From Hemiscyllium ocellatum (Eukaryota), in assembly GCF_020745735.1 (NCBI RefSeq), contig NW_026868439.1:1-44669 (forward strand): a stretch of DNA of 44,669 bases, in the 5' to 3' direction. The notes below the pieces were generated by a model. That model saw only the letters and a list, made by a program, of their open reading frames with translations, did not search any database and was not told the DNA's origin. Positions 1 through 12,455 of the stretch are shown here, one piece after another (the first letter of the stretch is position 1; every line of letters starts with the position of its first letter). The translations under genes and the position numbers were made by a program.

Positions 1-68
1 CATCTCGTCGATAAACAATAACATTCTCTTTGTAATATTTAGCCCTTTGTGGAGAAAGAGATACTTAC

Positions 69-117
69 TGAGAATAGACACGATTATGAGGATTGGTATG
101 AGATATTTCCCAATCAT
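69..117 (-). CDS. Leader exon of a TCR V segment (V0); the V exon lies left of the window
   Basis: ATG at 117-115 encodes MIGKYLIPILIIVSIL, then A|GTAAGT donor at 68. It is a 49-nt paralogue of the V1/V2 leader exons. Confidence 0.88.
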
Positions 118-3055
118 GTTTGCCGACTCTGCAACTCGATCAGAGCAGAATTACAGATCCTTGACGAACTGCTTGGCTGATCCTGTCAATAACATAGATG
201 GTGCAGCAGAAGCAATCTCTTCAAAGCACAATTGAGTCAGAGTGAATGTGAGGGTTTGAGGGCGGTGTAAGAACAGGAAACTGAAGCTTTGGGCGGGGAG
301 ACGTCGATTCTAAACTTGACAATTTGTCTAGAGACTCTCAGCGACCTTCTGAGCTGAGAGTGCTTTAAGACAACATAAGATTTCCATCACCGATCTGTGA
401 TCTGTTTTCAAAACTTGGAAAATGCTACTGACCATATTTCAATACTCTGCAGTTTTTTTTTAACAGATACGAGTACTTTAATTTTATCCCCAAAGAATTT
501 CAACAGCACAAATAACATTTCTGAACGTCAGCGGCGTTCTTATAGTCCTGGTTTGAGAAATGACAAATGATGTAGCTGGGACATTGCATTTGTCAATATA
601 ATCTCCGACCGATCCACTGTTCTTTCTTCACAAATGGGTGATTTCAACTGCAGGGCGAACTCCGTTTCTGTGGGCCTGGTTTCCGTAGCTTCAGTTTTCC
701 TCGGTTTACTGTAGCTCAAATATATTACAGGAAACCTTCCAGAACCACGGACCAGGGGCTGCCAGGAATTCACATTTCCATTTAGATGAATGGGTTCACT
801 ACTATCCACGATTTCAGGCTTCTGTAATATGTCTTGGAATGAATCCCCCATAGGTGTGGGGGACTATTGCATTGTACATTTAAATCAAGGAGAAACAAAA
901 GTAAGTCCTGTCACTTCAATTTTAATATGGCAGATTTTCTGTGTTAATTTTAATGTTCAATACGTAAACCATGAAAAAAAGCACGGGAAAACATTTATGC
1001 TCTGTTTATTTTGCAATGTTGTGTAATGGCATCGTAGTGGTATTACTGCGTAAGTAATTCAGAGGCTCAGTCAAATGCTCTGTGGGGAGGTCGACTAATG
1101 GAATGTGAATTCAGTTATAAAATAATCTATCATTAATTAGTACCTGTAAGGATATTTGTGATATTGTAATCGATTGGTGCACAATTTAAAAAAAAACACA
1201 AGAGGACTCCTCAAATAAAGACGTTTTGATGCGATTCGAAATTTAGCACTCATGCAGTCGCATCCATTTAACACCAGATGGAATCGTTATATCATTTTAA
1301 TTACAAGAGCGAGCAACGGGGCGAGGGACTTTGACACTTTAGTTCTATCAATATTCAGCAAAAGTATCTCTCATTGTTCATCGAGACGAACTCACGAGAG
1401 CACAGGAGAAGGTGGTTGTTTCCGCAGATATGACACCCAAGTAAGAGAAGCAAAGTAAATTACAACTGAAAACAAAAACTTCTGGCGATCACAGCGGGTC
1501 AGGCAGAATCCAAGGTGTCAATCAGAAAAGCAATGTTTCGTCTCTAGGTTACTCTTTTTTGGAGCCTGTTGACGAATCGTTGAGACGCAAAACATTAGAA
1601 TGCTCGCTCTCGACGGATGATGCTTGAAACGCCGTGATTTTCAGCATGTATTGCTTTGAAAACAGAATCAGTCACCTGCAGGAGTTTGCTTCTAAACAGG
1701 AAATCTGAGAAGCATGTACTGACATATGAGCAATGAAAGAGTGTTGAAAGAGACGTAGGGCTGATCAGAGAATAAACCAAAGGGGCCGTACACATGACCA
1801 CATGAGAAATGGCTGAGTTGTACACTCAATACTTCGCACCTGTATATTGTGTCCGGTTTAGTTTCATGAAAATTTAACGATCTCCCTGTTGTCTGGTGAA
1901 TCCCATTATAACAATAAGGGAATCGTCCCGGGATTGCATTCAATATCTCAATTTTGGGAAACTTTCTTCTGTCTTCCAAAAACAATTTTAAGAGAGGAGG
2001 AAATCAATATGAATTGGTGAGTATTCCTAGGGATGAAGACGTGGGCAGATTTTTTAATAAGTCCAGGAAATGCACATATAAGGACTTTCAGGGAAAAACG
2101 GGTAGAAACCTTGGGAGCACTGGTAATTGGGGGAGAAGACAAATTCGCTTTTACTTTTCCTTGGGTGAGGGAAAGTGTCAAAAAAATTCGAAACATTGAA
2201 TTTTCGTGCCTTTCACAAAATGGAGCCAGACCACTCCAGTTTCCTCAGCACATCTTGTTCATATTTCAAAATAATCGTTGCTTTTAGCGGTATGCGCACA
2301 CCATCTAATCGACATGAGATGGAAATTTCAGTGTTTTATTGTGCGTACTCGCCATCTCTGCAGGAACGTGGGATACATGGCAGAGAGACTAACTGCACTG
2401 GGGCAGAGAAGGAAGCCATCAACATTGAAAACAGTCATTTTGTTTAACTTGTTCAATTTAACAGAGAGCCATCCCAGTAAACCTGGAGACCTCACTTCCC
2501 CTCCCTTCTTCCCCACCTCCCCATCACATAACCCATGTCACTCACCCACCAGGCCATAAATATTCACTAAATATCTCGGACCTTCCCACAGTTTCTGGAT
2601 GTACCAGACGATCATTGCAATGGACTCAGTCATCAATTAAAGTCAATGTAAACTTATGCCGTTTATCTCGAAAATCAATAATTTGGGTTGGATTTGTAAG
2701 GCAGACTCTTTGCCATTTGTTTTTGTTTTACAGAAGAAAGTCTCTCAAAATTGCGACAATACACGCAATCCCTAGACGATTTACAAAATTGTAAAACAGA
2801 TTCTTCACACAGCAGGGTGTTTGTTATCGGTACCGAACTTCGAGGATACATTGTGTCTGGTTTACATTCAACAGAAATTGACAGAATGTTCTGCTTGTGT
2901 CTGACTTCAAAATGTAATTCAGATGAGGAACATGCAGCGCATGATAAGAAAACATGTTTTTTTTCCCTGAGGTAAGATTGGCTGTTCTCTCATAGATGAT
3001 GACAGCTGCACAGCAATCAATGAGAACAGGAGCTGTGAACTGTCTGGTCGGTATG

Positions 3056-3074
3056 GAGCGCCCTCTGGTGTGCA
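3056..3074 (-). promoter_or_regulatory. CTCF-type binding motif downstream of the V1 RSS
   Basis: Minus strand TGCACACCAGAGGGCGCTC matches the CTCF core CCASYAGRKGGCRS except at one position. The core (3070-3058) begins 25 nt after the nonamer. Confidence 0.7.
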
Positions 3075-3095
3075 GAAACTGAAACTCTCAAGGTG

Positions 3096-3135
3096 GGTTT
3101 TTGTACAGTATCCACTATATCTCTGTATCAATGTG
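3096..3135 (-). other. Recombination signal sequence (23-class) of V1
   Basis: Heptamer CACATTG (3135-3129), 24-nt spacer, nonamer ACAAAAACC (3104-3096), directly after TGT GCC ATG CAG CT. Confidence 0.93.
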
Positions 3136-3617
3136 AGCTGCATGGCACAGAGATACATGGCACTGTCGGAGATGAGGATATTGCGAATAAATAGTTCAGT
3201 GATCTTGCCAGTTCTATTTGTAGAAAATCGATCATTGATGCCAGTGTTCCTGTGCAGATTCATCCCAATCAATCGAAACATGAACTCTGGAGGCTGCATG
3301 TGTCGCTGACTGTACCAGTATGCATTAGGGTTAGAAACACTTGTCTTTAAATTGCAGGAGATGGCGATGTCCTTTCCCTCTTCAATAGTCATTTCAGCAA
3401 CCGATTGTTCCACTGTATCCTGCTGGCTCCATTCTAACACGGGAAACGAAGTAAAAATGACAATCAATATCATACTCATATTGATCAACATAATCGTCAC
3501 CACCTCGTCGATAAACAATAACATTCTTCTTGCAATATTTAGCCCTTTTCTGATTAAGCGATACTTACTGAGAATAGACACGATTATGAGGATTAGTATG
3601 CGATGTTTCCCAATCAT
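3136..3617 (-). CDS. T-cell receptor alpha/delta-type V gene segment V1 (leader exon 3617-3569, 135-nt intron, V exon 3433-3136), apparently functional
   Basis: Leader MIGKHRILILIIVSIL with a phase-1 GT-AG intron. V exon DTVEQ...ISC(Cys23)...AYWYSQ(Trp41)...DSAMYLC(Cys104)AMQL has no stops and is followed by an RSS. Confidence 0.93.
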
Positions 3618-3732
3618 GTTTGCTGACTCTGCAACTCAAACAGAGCAGAATTATAGATCCTTGACGAACTGCTTGGCTGAATCTGTCAATAACATAGATG
3701 GTGCAGCAGAAGCAATCTCTTCAAAAGCACAA

Positions 3733-3790
3733 TTGCGTCAGAGTGAATGTGAGGGTTTGGGGGCGGGGTAAGAGCAGGAAACTGAAGCTT
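3733..3790 (-). promoter_or_regulatory. Probable V1 promoter: CRE/AP-1-like site, GC box, ETS-like core
   Basis: TGACGCAA (3740-3733) lies ~115 bp upstream of the ATG, with GGGGCGGGG at 3760-3768 and CAGGAA at 3775-3780. Equivalent sites occur at V0 (TGACTCAA 239-232) and V2 (TGACGCAT 7236-7229). CRE-like elements are typical of TCR V promoters. Confidence 0.45.
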
Positions 3791-6550
3791 TGGGCGGGGA
3801 GACGGTCGATTCTAAACTTGACAATTTGTCTAGTGACTCTCAGCGACCTTCAGAGCTGAGAGTGTTTTAAAAAAACATGACATTTCCATCACCGATCTGT
3901 GTTCTATTTTCAAAACTTGGAAAATGCTACTTTCCATGTTTCATACTCTACATTTTTTTTTTAAAACAGATACGAGTATTTTAATTTTATCCCCATAGAA
4001 TTTCTACAGCACAAGTAACATTTCTGAACATCAGAGACGTTCTTATAGTCCTGGTTTGAGGAATGGAAAATGATGTAGCTTGGACCCGCATTTAGCAATA
4101 TAATCTCCGACCGATCCACTGATCTTTCTTCACACATGGATGATTTCGACTACCGGGCGAACTCTGTTTCTGTGGGCCTGGTTTCCGTAGCTTCAGTTTC
4201 CCGTGGTTTACTGCAGCACAAATAAATTACAGGGAGCCTTCCAGAACCAGGGACCAGGGGCTGCCAGGAATGCACATTTTCATTCGATGAATGGGTTTGC
4301 TACTATCCACGATTTCAGGCTCCTGTAATACTTCTTGGAATGCATCCCCCATAGGTGTGGGGGACTACTGTATTCAACATTTAAATCAAGGAGAAACAAA
4401 AGTAAGTCGTGTCACTTGAATTTGAATACGATAGATGTTCTTTGTTAATTATAATGCTCAAAATGCAAACCATGAAAAAAACACTGGAAAACATTTATGC
4501 TATGTTTATTTTGCAATGGCGTGTAATGGCATCGTAGTGGTATTACTGCATAAGTAATTCAGAGGCTCAGGCAAGTGCTCTGCGGGGAGGTCGACTAATA
4601 GAATGTAAATTCTGTTATGAAATAATCTATAATTAATTAGTACCTGGAAGGATATTTGTGACATTGTAATCGATTGGTGTACAATAAAGAAAACACAAGA
4701 GGGCGCCTCAAATAAAGATGCTTTGATGCCGTTCGAAGTTTAGCACACATGCAGTTGCATCCATTTAACACCAGATGGAATCATTATATCATTTTAATTA
4801 CAAGAGCGAGCAACGGTGCGAGGGACTTTGACACTTTAATTCTATCAACATTCAGCCAAAATATCTCTCATTTTTCATCGATACGAGCTCATAAGAGCAC
4901 AGGAGAAGATGGTTGTTTCCACAGACATGACACACAAGTAAGAGAAGCAAAGTAAATTACAAGTCAAATCAAAAATTCCTGGCGATCACAACGGGTCCGG
5001 CGGCATCCAGGAAATGAAACAGAAAGCCAATGTTTCGCTTCTAGATTACTCTTTTTTGGAGCCTGTTAAATAATCATTGATACCCAAAACGTTAGAATGC
5101 TCGCTCTCGATGGATGGTGTCGGATCCGCCACGATTTTCAGCATGTATTGCTTTGAAAACAGATTCACTCACCTGCAGGAATTTGCTTCTAAACAGCAAA
5201 TCTGTGAAGCATTAAATGACATACGAGCAATGAAAGAGTGCTTAAAGAGACGTAGGGCAGATCAGAGAATAAACCAAAGGGGTCGTACACATGACCACAA
5301 GAGAAATGGCTGAGTTGTACACTCAATACTTCGCACCTGTATATTGTGTCCGGTTTAGATTCATGAAATGTTAACAATCTCCCTGCTGTCTGGTGAGTCT
5401 GTTAACAATAATATGGGAAATGTCCAGGGATTGCATTCATTATCTCTGTTTTGGGAGACTTTCTTCTGTATTCCAGAAACAATTTTAAAAGAGGAGGAAA
5501 TTGATATAAGTTGGTGAGTATTCCTAGGGATGAAGACTTGGACAGAGTTTTCGTATGTCCAGAAAAAGCACATATAAGGACTTTGAGGTAAAAAAGGGAG
5601 AAATCTTGGGACCACTGCTAATTGGGGGAGGACACAAATTCGCTTTTAGTCTTCGTTGGGTGAAGGGAAGTGTCATAAAACTCGATACATTAAATTTTTG
5701 TGCCTTTCAATAAATGGAGCAAGGCCACTCCAGTTCCTCAGCACATCTTGTTCATATTTCCAAATAATCGTTGCTTTTAGCGGTATGAGCGCACCATCTG
5801 ATCGACATGAGGTGGCAATTTCAGCGTTTTAGTGTGCGTCCTTGCCATCTCTGCAGGAATGTGGGATACATAGCAGAGAGACAAGCTGCGCTGCAGCGGA
5901 GAAGGAACCCATTAATATTTAAAGCAGTCATTTTGTTTAATGTGTGCAATTTAACAGAGAGCCATCCCAGTAAATCTGGACACCTAACTTCACCTCCCTG
6001 CATTCACCACCTCCCCATCACATAACCCAATTCACTCACCCACCAGGCCATAAATATTCTGTAAATATCTCGGACCTTCCCGCAGTATCTGCATGTACCA
6101 GAATAGTATTGGAATTCACTAAGTCGTCAAGTAAGGTCATTATAAATTTATGCCGTTTCTCTTGAGAATCAATAATTCGGGTTGGTTTTGTAAGGCAGAC
6201 TCTTTGCCATTTGTTTTTGTTTTACAGAAGGGAGTCTCTCAAAACTGCGACAATACACGCAATGCCTGGACGATTCCCATATAATTTTAAAACAGATTCA
6301 CCAGACAGCAGGGTATTTGTTATCGGTACCGAACTTCGAGAGTACATTGTGCCTGGTTTACTTTCAACAGAAATTGACAGACTGTTCTTCCTGTGTCTGA
6401 ATTCAAAATGTAATTTAGATGAGGAACATTCTGCACATAAAAATAAAACATTTTTTTTTCCCTGACGTAAGATTGGCTGCTCAATCATAGCTGATGACAG
6501 CTAAACATCAATCAATGAGAACAGGAGGTGTTAACTGTCTGCTCGTGCTT

Positions 6551-6569
6551 GAGCGCCCTCTGGTGTGCA
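6551..6569 (-). promoter_or_regulatory. CTCF-type binding motif downstream of the V2 RSS
   Basis: TGCACACCAGAGGGCGCTC, identical to the V1 site; the core begins 26 nt after the nonamer. Confidence 0.7.
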
Positions 6570-6591
6570 GAAACTGTAACGCTCCAGGTGG

Positions 6592-6631
6592 GTTTTTTGT
6601 ACAGGATCCACTATATTTCTGTATCAATGTG
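6592..6631 (-). other. Recombination signal sequence (23-class) of V2
   Basis: CACATTG (6631-6625), 24-nt spacer, ACAAAAAAC (6600-6592). Confidence 0.92.
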
Positions 6632-7113
6632 AGCTGCATGACACAGAGATACACGGCACTGTCAGAGATGAGGATATTGCGAATAAATAGTTTAGTGATC
6701 TTGCCAGTTCTATTTGAAGAAAATCGATCACTGATGCCAGTGTTCTTGTGCAGATTCATCCCAATAAATCGAAACATGAACTCTGGAGGCTGCATGTGTC
6801 GCTGACTGTACCAGTATGCATAAGAGTTAGAATCACTTGTCTTCAAATTGCAGGTGAGGGCGATGTCCTTTCCCTCTTCAACCGTCATTTCAGCAACCGA
6901 TTGTTCCACTGTATCCTGCTGGCTCCATTCTAACACGTGAAACGAAGTAAAAATGACAATGAATATCATACTCATATTGATCAACATAATCGTCACCATC
7001 TCGTCGATATACACTAACATTCTTTTTGTAATATTTAGCCCTATTCTGAGAAAGATATACTTACTGAGGTTTGACACGATTATGAGGATTGGTATGAGAT
7101 ATTTCTCAATCAT
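6632..7113 (-). CDS. T-cell receptor alpha/delta-type V gene segment V2 (leader exon 7113-7065, 135-nt intron, V exon 6929-6632), paralogue of V1, apparently functional
   Basis: Leader MIEKYLIPILIIVSNL|GTAAGT, acceptor TTAG at 6931-6930. V exon DTVEQ...LTC...AYWYSQ...DSAVYLCVMQL is open and followed by an RSS. Confidence 0.93.
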
Positions 7114-9747
7114 GCTTGCCGAATCTGCAACTCAAACAGAGCAGAATTACAGATCATTGACGAACTGCTTTGCTGATCTTGTCAATAACATAGATCGTGC
7201 AGCAGAAGCAATCTCTTCAAAAGCACAAATGCGTCAGAGTAAATGTGAGGGTTTGGGGGCGGGGTAAGAACAGGAAACTGAAGCTTTGGACGGGGAGACG
7301 GTCGATTCTAAACTTGACAATTTGTCTAGTGACTCTCAGTGACCTTCAGAGCTGAGAGTTGATTAAAAAAACATGACGTTTCCATCACCGATCTGTGATC
7401 TGTTTTCAAAACTTGGAAAATGGTACTTACCATATTTCAATACTCTACATCTTTTTATAACAAATACGAGTGTTTTAATTTTCTCCCCATAGAATTTCAA
7501 CAGCATAAATAACATTTCTGAACGTCAGTGACGTTCTTATAGTCCTGTTTTGAGGAATGGCAAATGATGTAGCTGGAACACTGCATTTGACAATATAGTC
7601 TCCGGCCGATCCACTGTACTTTCTTCACACATGGGTGATTTCAAGTACAGGGCGAACTCCGTTTCTGTGGGCCTGGTTTCCATAGCTTCAGTTTCCCTCG
7701 GTTTACAGCAGGACAAATATATTCCAGGGAGCCTTTCAGAACCAGGGACCAGGTGCTGCCAGGAATGCACATTTCCATTTAGATGAATGGGTTCGCTGCT
7801 ATCCACGATTTCAGACTTCTGTCATAGGTTTTGGAATGTATCACCCAAACGTGTGGGGGACTACTGCATTGAACATTTAAATCAAGGAAAAACAAAAGTA
7901 AGTCGTGTCACTTGAATTTGAATATGGTAGATTTTCTTTGTTACTTTTAATGTTGAAAACGTAAACCATGAAAAAAGGACGGGAAAACATTTATGCTATG
8001 TTTATTTTGCAATGGCGTGTAATGGCATCGCAGTGGATTTACTGCGTAAGTAATTCAGAGGCTCAAGCAAATGCACTGTGGGGAGGTCGAACAATTGGAA
8101 TGCAAATTCAGTTATGAAATAATCTATGATTGATTAGTACCTGGAAGGATATTTGTGACATTGTAATCGATTGGTGTACAATTAAAAAAAAACACAAGAG
8201 GAGTCCTCAAATAAAGTCGTTTTGATGCCGTTCAAAGTTTAGCACTCATGCAGTCGCATCCATTTAACACCAGATGGAATCATTATCTCATTTTAATTAC
8301 AAGAGCGAGCAACGGGGCGAGGGACTTTGACACTTTAATTCTATCAACATTCAGCCAAAATATCTCTCATTGGTCATCGACAGAAGCTCACGAGGGCACA
8401 GGAGAAGATGGCTGTTTCCGCACACATGACACTCAAGTAGGAGAAGCAAATTAAATTACAATGGATAACAAAAACGTCTGGCGGACACAGCCGGTCACGC
8501 GGCATCCAAGGAATGAAACAGAAAGCCAAAGTTTCGCGTCTAGGTTACTCTTCTTTGGAGCCAGTTGAAGAATCATTGAGATCCAAAACATTAGAATGCT
8601 TGCTCTCGATGGATGGTGCCTGATCCGCCGCGATTGTCAGCAGGTATTGCTTTGAAAACAGATGCAGTCACCTGCAGGAATTTGCTTCTAAACAGGAAAT
8701 CTGAGAAGCATTTCATGACATATGAGCTATGAAAGAGTGTTTAAAGAGACGTAGGGCTGATCAGAGAATAAACCAAAGGGGCCGTACACATGGCCACACG
8801 AAAAATGGCTAAGTTGTACACTCAATACTTCGCACCTGTATATTGTGTCCGGTATAGATTCATGAAATTTGAACAATCTCCCTGCTGTCTGGTGAATCTG
8901 TTTACAATAATAAGGAAATCGTCCAGGAATTGCGTTCATTATCTTAATTTTGGGAGACTTTCTACTGCATTCCAGAAACAATTTTAAGTGAGAAGGAAAT
9001 TGATATGAATTGGTGAGTATTCCTAGGGATGAAGACCTGGACAGACTTTTCGTAAGTCCAGATAATGCACATATAAGGACTTTGAGGGAAAAAATGGGTA
9101 GAAATCTTGGCACCACTGGTAATTGGGGGAGGAGACAAATTCGCTTTTAGTTTTCCTTGGGTGAAGGGAAGTGTCAGAAAACTCGAAACATTGAATTTTC
9201 GTGCCTTTCAATAAATGGAGCCAGACCACTCCAGTTTCCTCAGCACATCTTGTTCATATTTCCAAACAATCGTTGCTTTTAGCAGTACGAGCGCACCATC
9301 TGATCGACATGAGATGGAAATTTTAGCGTTTTAGTGTGCGTCCTCGCCATCTCTGCAGGAATGTGGGATACATGGCAAAGAGACAAACTGCGCTGGGGTG
9401 GAGAAGGAAGCCATCGATATTTAAAACAGTCACGTTGTTTAACGTGTGCAATTTAACAGAGAGCCATCCCAGTAAATCTGCAGACCTCACCACCACCCTG
9501 CCTTCACCATCTCCCCATCACATTACCCAACTCACTCACCCACCAGGCCATAAATATTCAGTAAATATCTCGGACCTTCCCGCAGTTTCTGGATGTACCA
9601 GACGATTATTGGAATGCACTAAGTAATCAAGTTAGCTGATTGTAAATTTATGCCGTTTATCTCGAGAATTAATCATTCTTGTTGGATTTGAAAGGCTGAC
9701 TCTTTGCCATTTGTTTTTGTTTTACAGAAGAAAGTCTCTCAAAATTG

Positions 9748-12455
9748 ACATCACGTGACATCACTTCCGCCCCCACATCATCGCTGATGCCACACGTTTA
9801 GTGACTTCCGCCACCTCTACTGCCGTTGTCTTGCCACTTCCGCCCCCACCCACGCACCCAACAGACCCAACTTTCACTATCCCCACCCCCCAGAACCCCG
9901 AGAGGAACACTACCCCTGCTCAAATCTCCACCCCCATTTCCCCAGCACCACACCCACTCCAGTTACAGGTTCTGTCCCCACTCCCAGCTCCACACCCACA
10001 CCAGATCCTAGCTCCCAGCCCTGCCGAGTTTTCACCATCCCTCCAGACATCCCCCTCATTGAGGTCGAACGATCAGTCCTCAGCAAAGGACTCACCTTCA
10101 ACCCCCTCCGTCCACACATCAATGAATCTAATACACCCCGTGACGTCGAACAATTCTTCTGTCGCCTCTGCCTCCAACCTTACTATCATAATCAGGACTC
10201 CCACCCAACTTACGTGGACCCGGTCACCCACCTCCAACACACTGCATCCACCTCGACATCCAGTGCTGGCTTCTTAACTGCCCTTGATCTCTTCATTTCC
10301 AGCTGCCGCCGGGACATTAACCACCTCAACCAGACTACCTCCCTCCCCGACTCCAACCTCTCACCCTCGCAACGTGCAGCCCACCAATCCCTCTGCTCCA
10401 ATCCCAACCTCACCATCAAGTCAGCGGATAAAGAGAGCGCAGTTGTAGTCTGGCGCACTGACCTCTACACCGTTGAAGCCAAACGCCAACTCGAGGACAA
10501 CTCTTCCTAGTGCCCACTCGACCATGACCCCACCCCCCATCCCCAAACCATCTTCTCTCAGACCGTACAGAACTTCATCACCTCAGGAGATCTCCCACCT
10601 TTGGCTTCCAACCTCATAGTCCAGGAACCTCGCACTGCCTGGTTCTACCTTCTTCCCAAGATCCACAAGCCTGACCACCCTGGCCGACCCATTGTCTCAG
10701 CATGCTCCTGCCCCACTGAACTCATCTCTACCTCCCTCGACACTGTCCTATCCCCCATAGTCCAAGAACTCTCCACATATGTTCGAGACACCATGCACAC
10801 CCTCCACCTCCTCCAAGACTTCCATTTCACCGGCCCCCAACGCCTCATCTTCACCCTGGATATCTAATCCCTCTACACCTCCATCCGCGACGACCAGGAC
10901 CTCCAAGCCCCCCGTTGTTTCCTCTCCAGACGTCCCCAGCAGTCCCCTTCCACCGACACTCTCATTCGTTTGGCCGAACTGGTCCTCACCCTCAACAATT
11001 TCTCCTTCGAATCCTCCCACTTCCTCCAGACCAAAGGGGTAGCCATGGGCACACGTATGTGCACCAACTATGCCTGTCTCTTTGTTGGCTACGTAGAACA
11101 GTTGATCTTCCATAATTACACTGGCACCACTCCACAACTCTTCCTCCACTACACTGATGACTGCATTGGCGCCACCTCGTGCTCCCATGAAGAGGTTGAG
11201 CTATTCGTGAACTTCACCAACACATTCCACACTAACCTTAAATTTACCTGGACGATCTCTGACACCTTCCTCCCCTCCCTGGACCTCTCCATCTCCATTA
11301 ATGACGACCGACTTGACAGTGACATTTTTTTTATCAACTCACCAACTCCAACAGCCGCCTGGATTACACCTCTTCCCACACTACCTCTTGCCAAAATGCC
11401 ATCCCGTATTCCCAATTCATCCGCCTCTGCCGTATCTGTTCCCAGGCGGACCAGTTCCACCACAGAACACACCAGATGGCCTCCTTCTCTAGAGACAGCA
11501 ATTTCCCTTCCCACGTGGTTAAAGTTACCCTTCAATGCATCTCGTCCACATTCCACACCTCCGCCCTTAGACCTCACCCCTCCAACTGTATCAAGGACAG
11601 AATGCCCCTCGTGCTCACCTTCCACCCTACCAACCTTCGCATAATCCAAATCATCCGCCGACTTTTCCACCACATCCAAAAAGGCCCCACCACCAGGTAT
11701 ATATTTCCCTCCCCACCCCTCTTCGCCTTCCGCAAAGACCGTTCCCTCCGTGACTACATAGTCAGGACCACGCCCCACTACAACCCACCCTCCCATCCTG
11801 GCACCTTCCCCTGCCACCGCAGGAACTGTAAAACCTGCGCCCACACCTCATCCCTCACCGATGCAGTCTCCTCTACATTGGGGAGTCTGGGCGCCTCCTA
11901 GCAGAGCGCTTTAGGGAACATCTCCGGAACACCCGCTCCCATCAACCACACCGCCCCGTCGCCCAACATTTCAACTCCCCCTCCCACTCTGCGTAGGACA
12001 TGGAGATCCTGGGCCTCCTTCAGCGCCGCTCCCTCACCACCAGACGCTTGGAGGAAGAATACCTCATCTTCCGCCTCGGAACACTTCAACCCAGGACATT
12101 AATGTGGACTTCAACAGTTTCCTCATTACCCCTTCCCCCACCTCACCCTACTTCCAAACTTCCAGCTCAGCACTGTCCCCATGACTTGTCCGGACTTGTC
12201 ATACCTGCCTATCTCCTGCTCCACCTATCCACTCCATCCTCTCCTCCCTGACCTATCACCTTCATCCCCGCCCCCACTCACCTATTGTACTCTATGCTAC
12301 TTTCTCCTCACCCCCACCCTCCTCTAGCTTATCGCTCCAAGCTCCAGGCTCTCTGCCTTTATTCCTGATAAAGGGCTTTTGCCCAAAACGTCGATTTCGC
12401 TTCTTCTTGGATGCTGCCTGAATTGCTGTGCTCTTCCAGCACCACTAATCCACAA
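9748..12455 (+). mobile_element. Penelope-like retroelement (RT + GIY-YIG endonuclease), near full length, disrupted by stops and frameshifts
   Basis: RT motifs FYLLPKIHK...GRPIVS, LDI*SLYTSI, GVAMGT, FLHYTDD, FTWTIS...LDLSI; C-terminal PLVLTFHP and CHRRNCKTC; partly deleted GIY-YIG (LYIG...AERFREHL); 3' pLTR with a hammerhead-like motif at 12361-12396. Confidence 0.9.

Larger units (their letters stand above)
1..9747. repeat. Head-to-tail tandem segmental duplication, ~3.5-kb unit (1-3500, 3501-6996, truncated third copy 6997-9747); each unit carries one TCR V segment and/or its upstream region
   Basis: The same sequence (ca[t/c]ctcgtcgata...) recurs at 1, 3501 and 6997. Paralogous ORFs recur at +3497/+6996 (e.g. 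1252/4749/8248). Identity is roughly 85-90% by eye. Homology stops abruptly at aaaattg (9747). Confidence 0.97.

Noticed and set aside
540-851. Minus-strand ORF repeated at 7537-7806
   Set aside because: Differences between copies are mostly nonsynonymous, and the middle copy (~4040-4330) has a frameshift and a stop.
900-2975. Plus-strand splice-like signals in each 3.5-kb unit (GTAAGT at 901 and 1050, acceptor ~2733, donor ~2972) suggesting an antisense lncRNA
   Set aside because: Such signals are common in AT-rich DNA and their recurrence is expected from unit identity; there is no independent support.
2919-3617. 232-aa ORF (and 201-aa ORF 6508-7113, 173-aa ORF 35767-36288) taken as complete proteins
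   Set aside because: They are unrearranged V segments read through intron and RSS; splice sites and RSSs define the real units.
3352-3771. Conserved antisense ORFs over the V leaders (also 47-235, 6953-7267)
   Set aside because: Mirror frames of young duplicates; conservation is explained by recent duplication, and there is no recognisable domain.
10748-11844. Long minus-strand ORFs opposite the Penelope RT
   Set aside because: Shadow frames of a C-rich retroelement coding strand.
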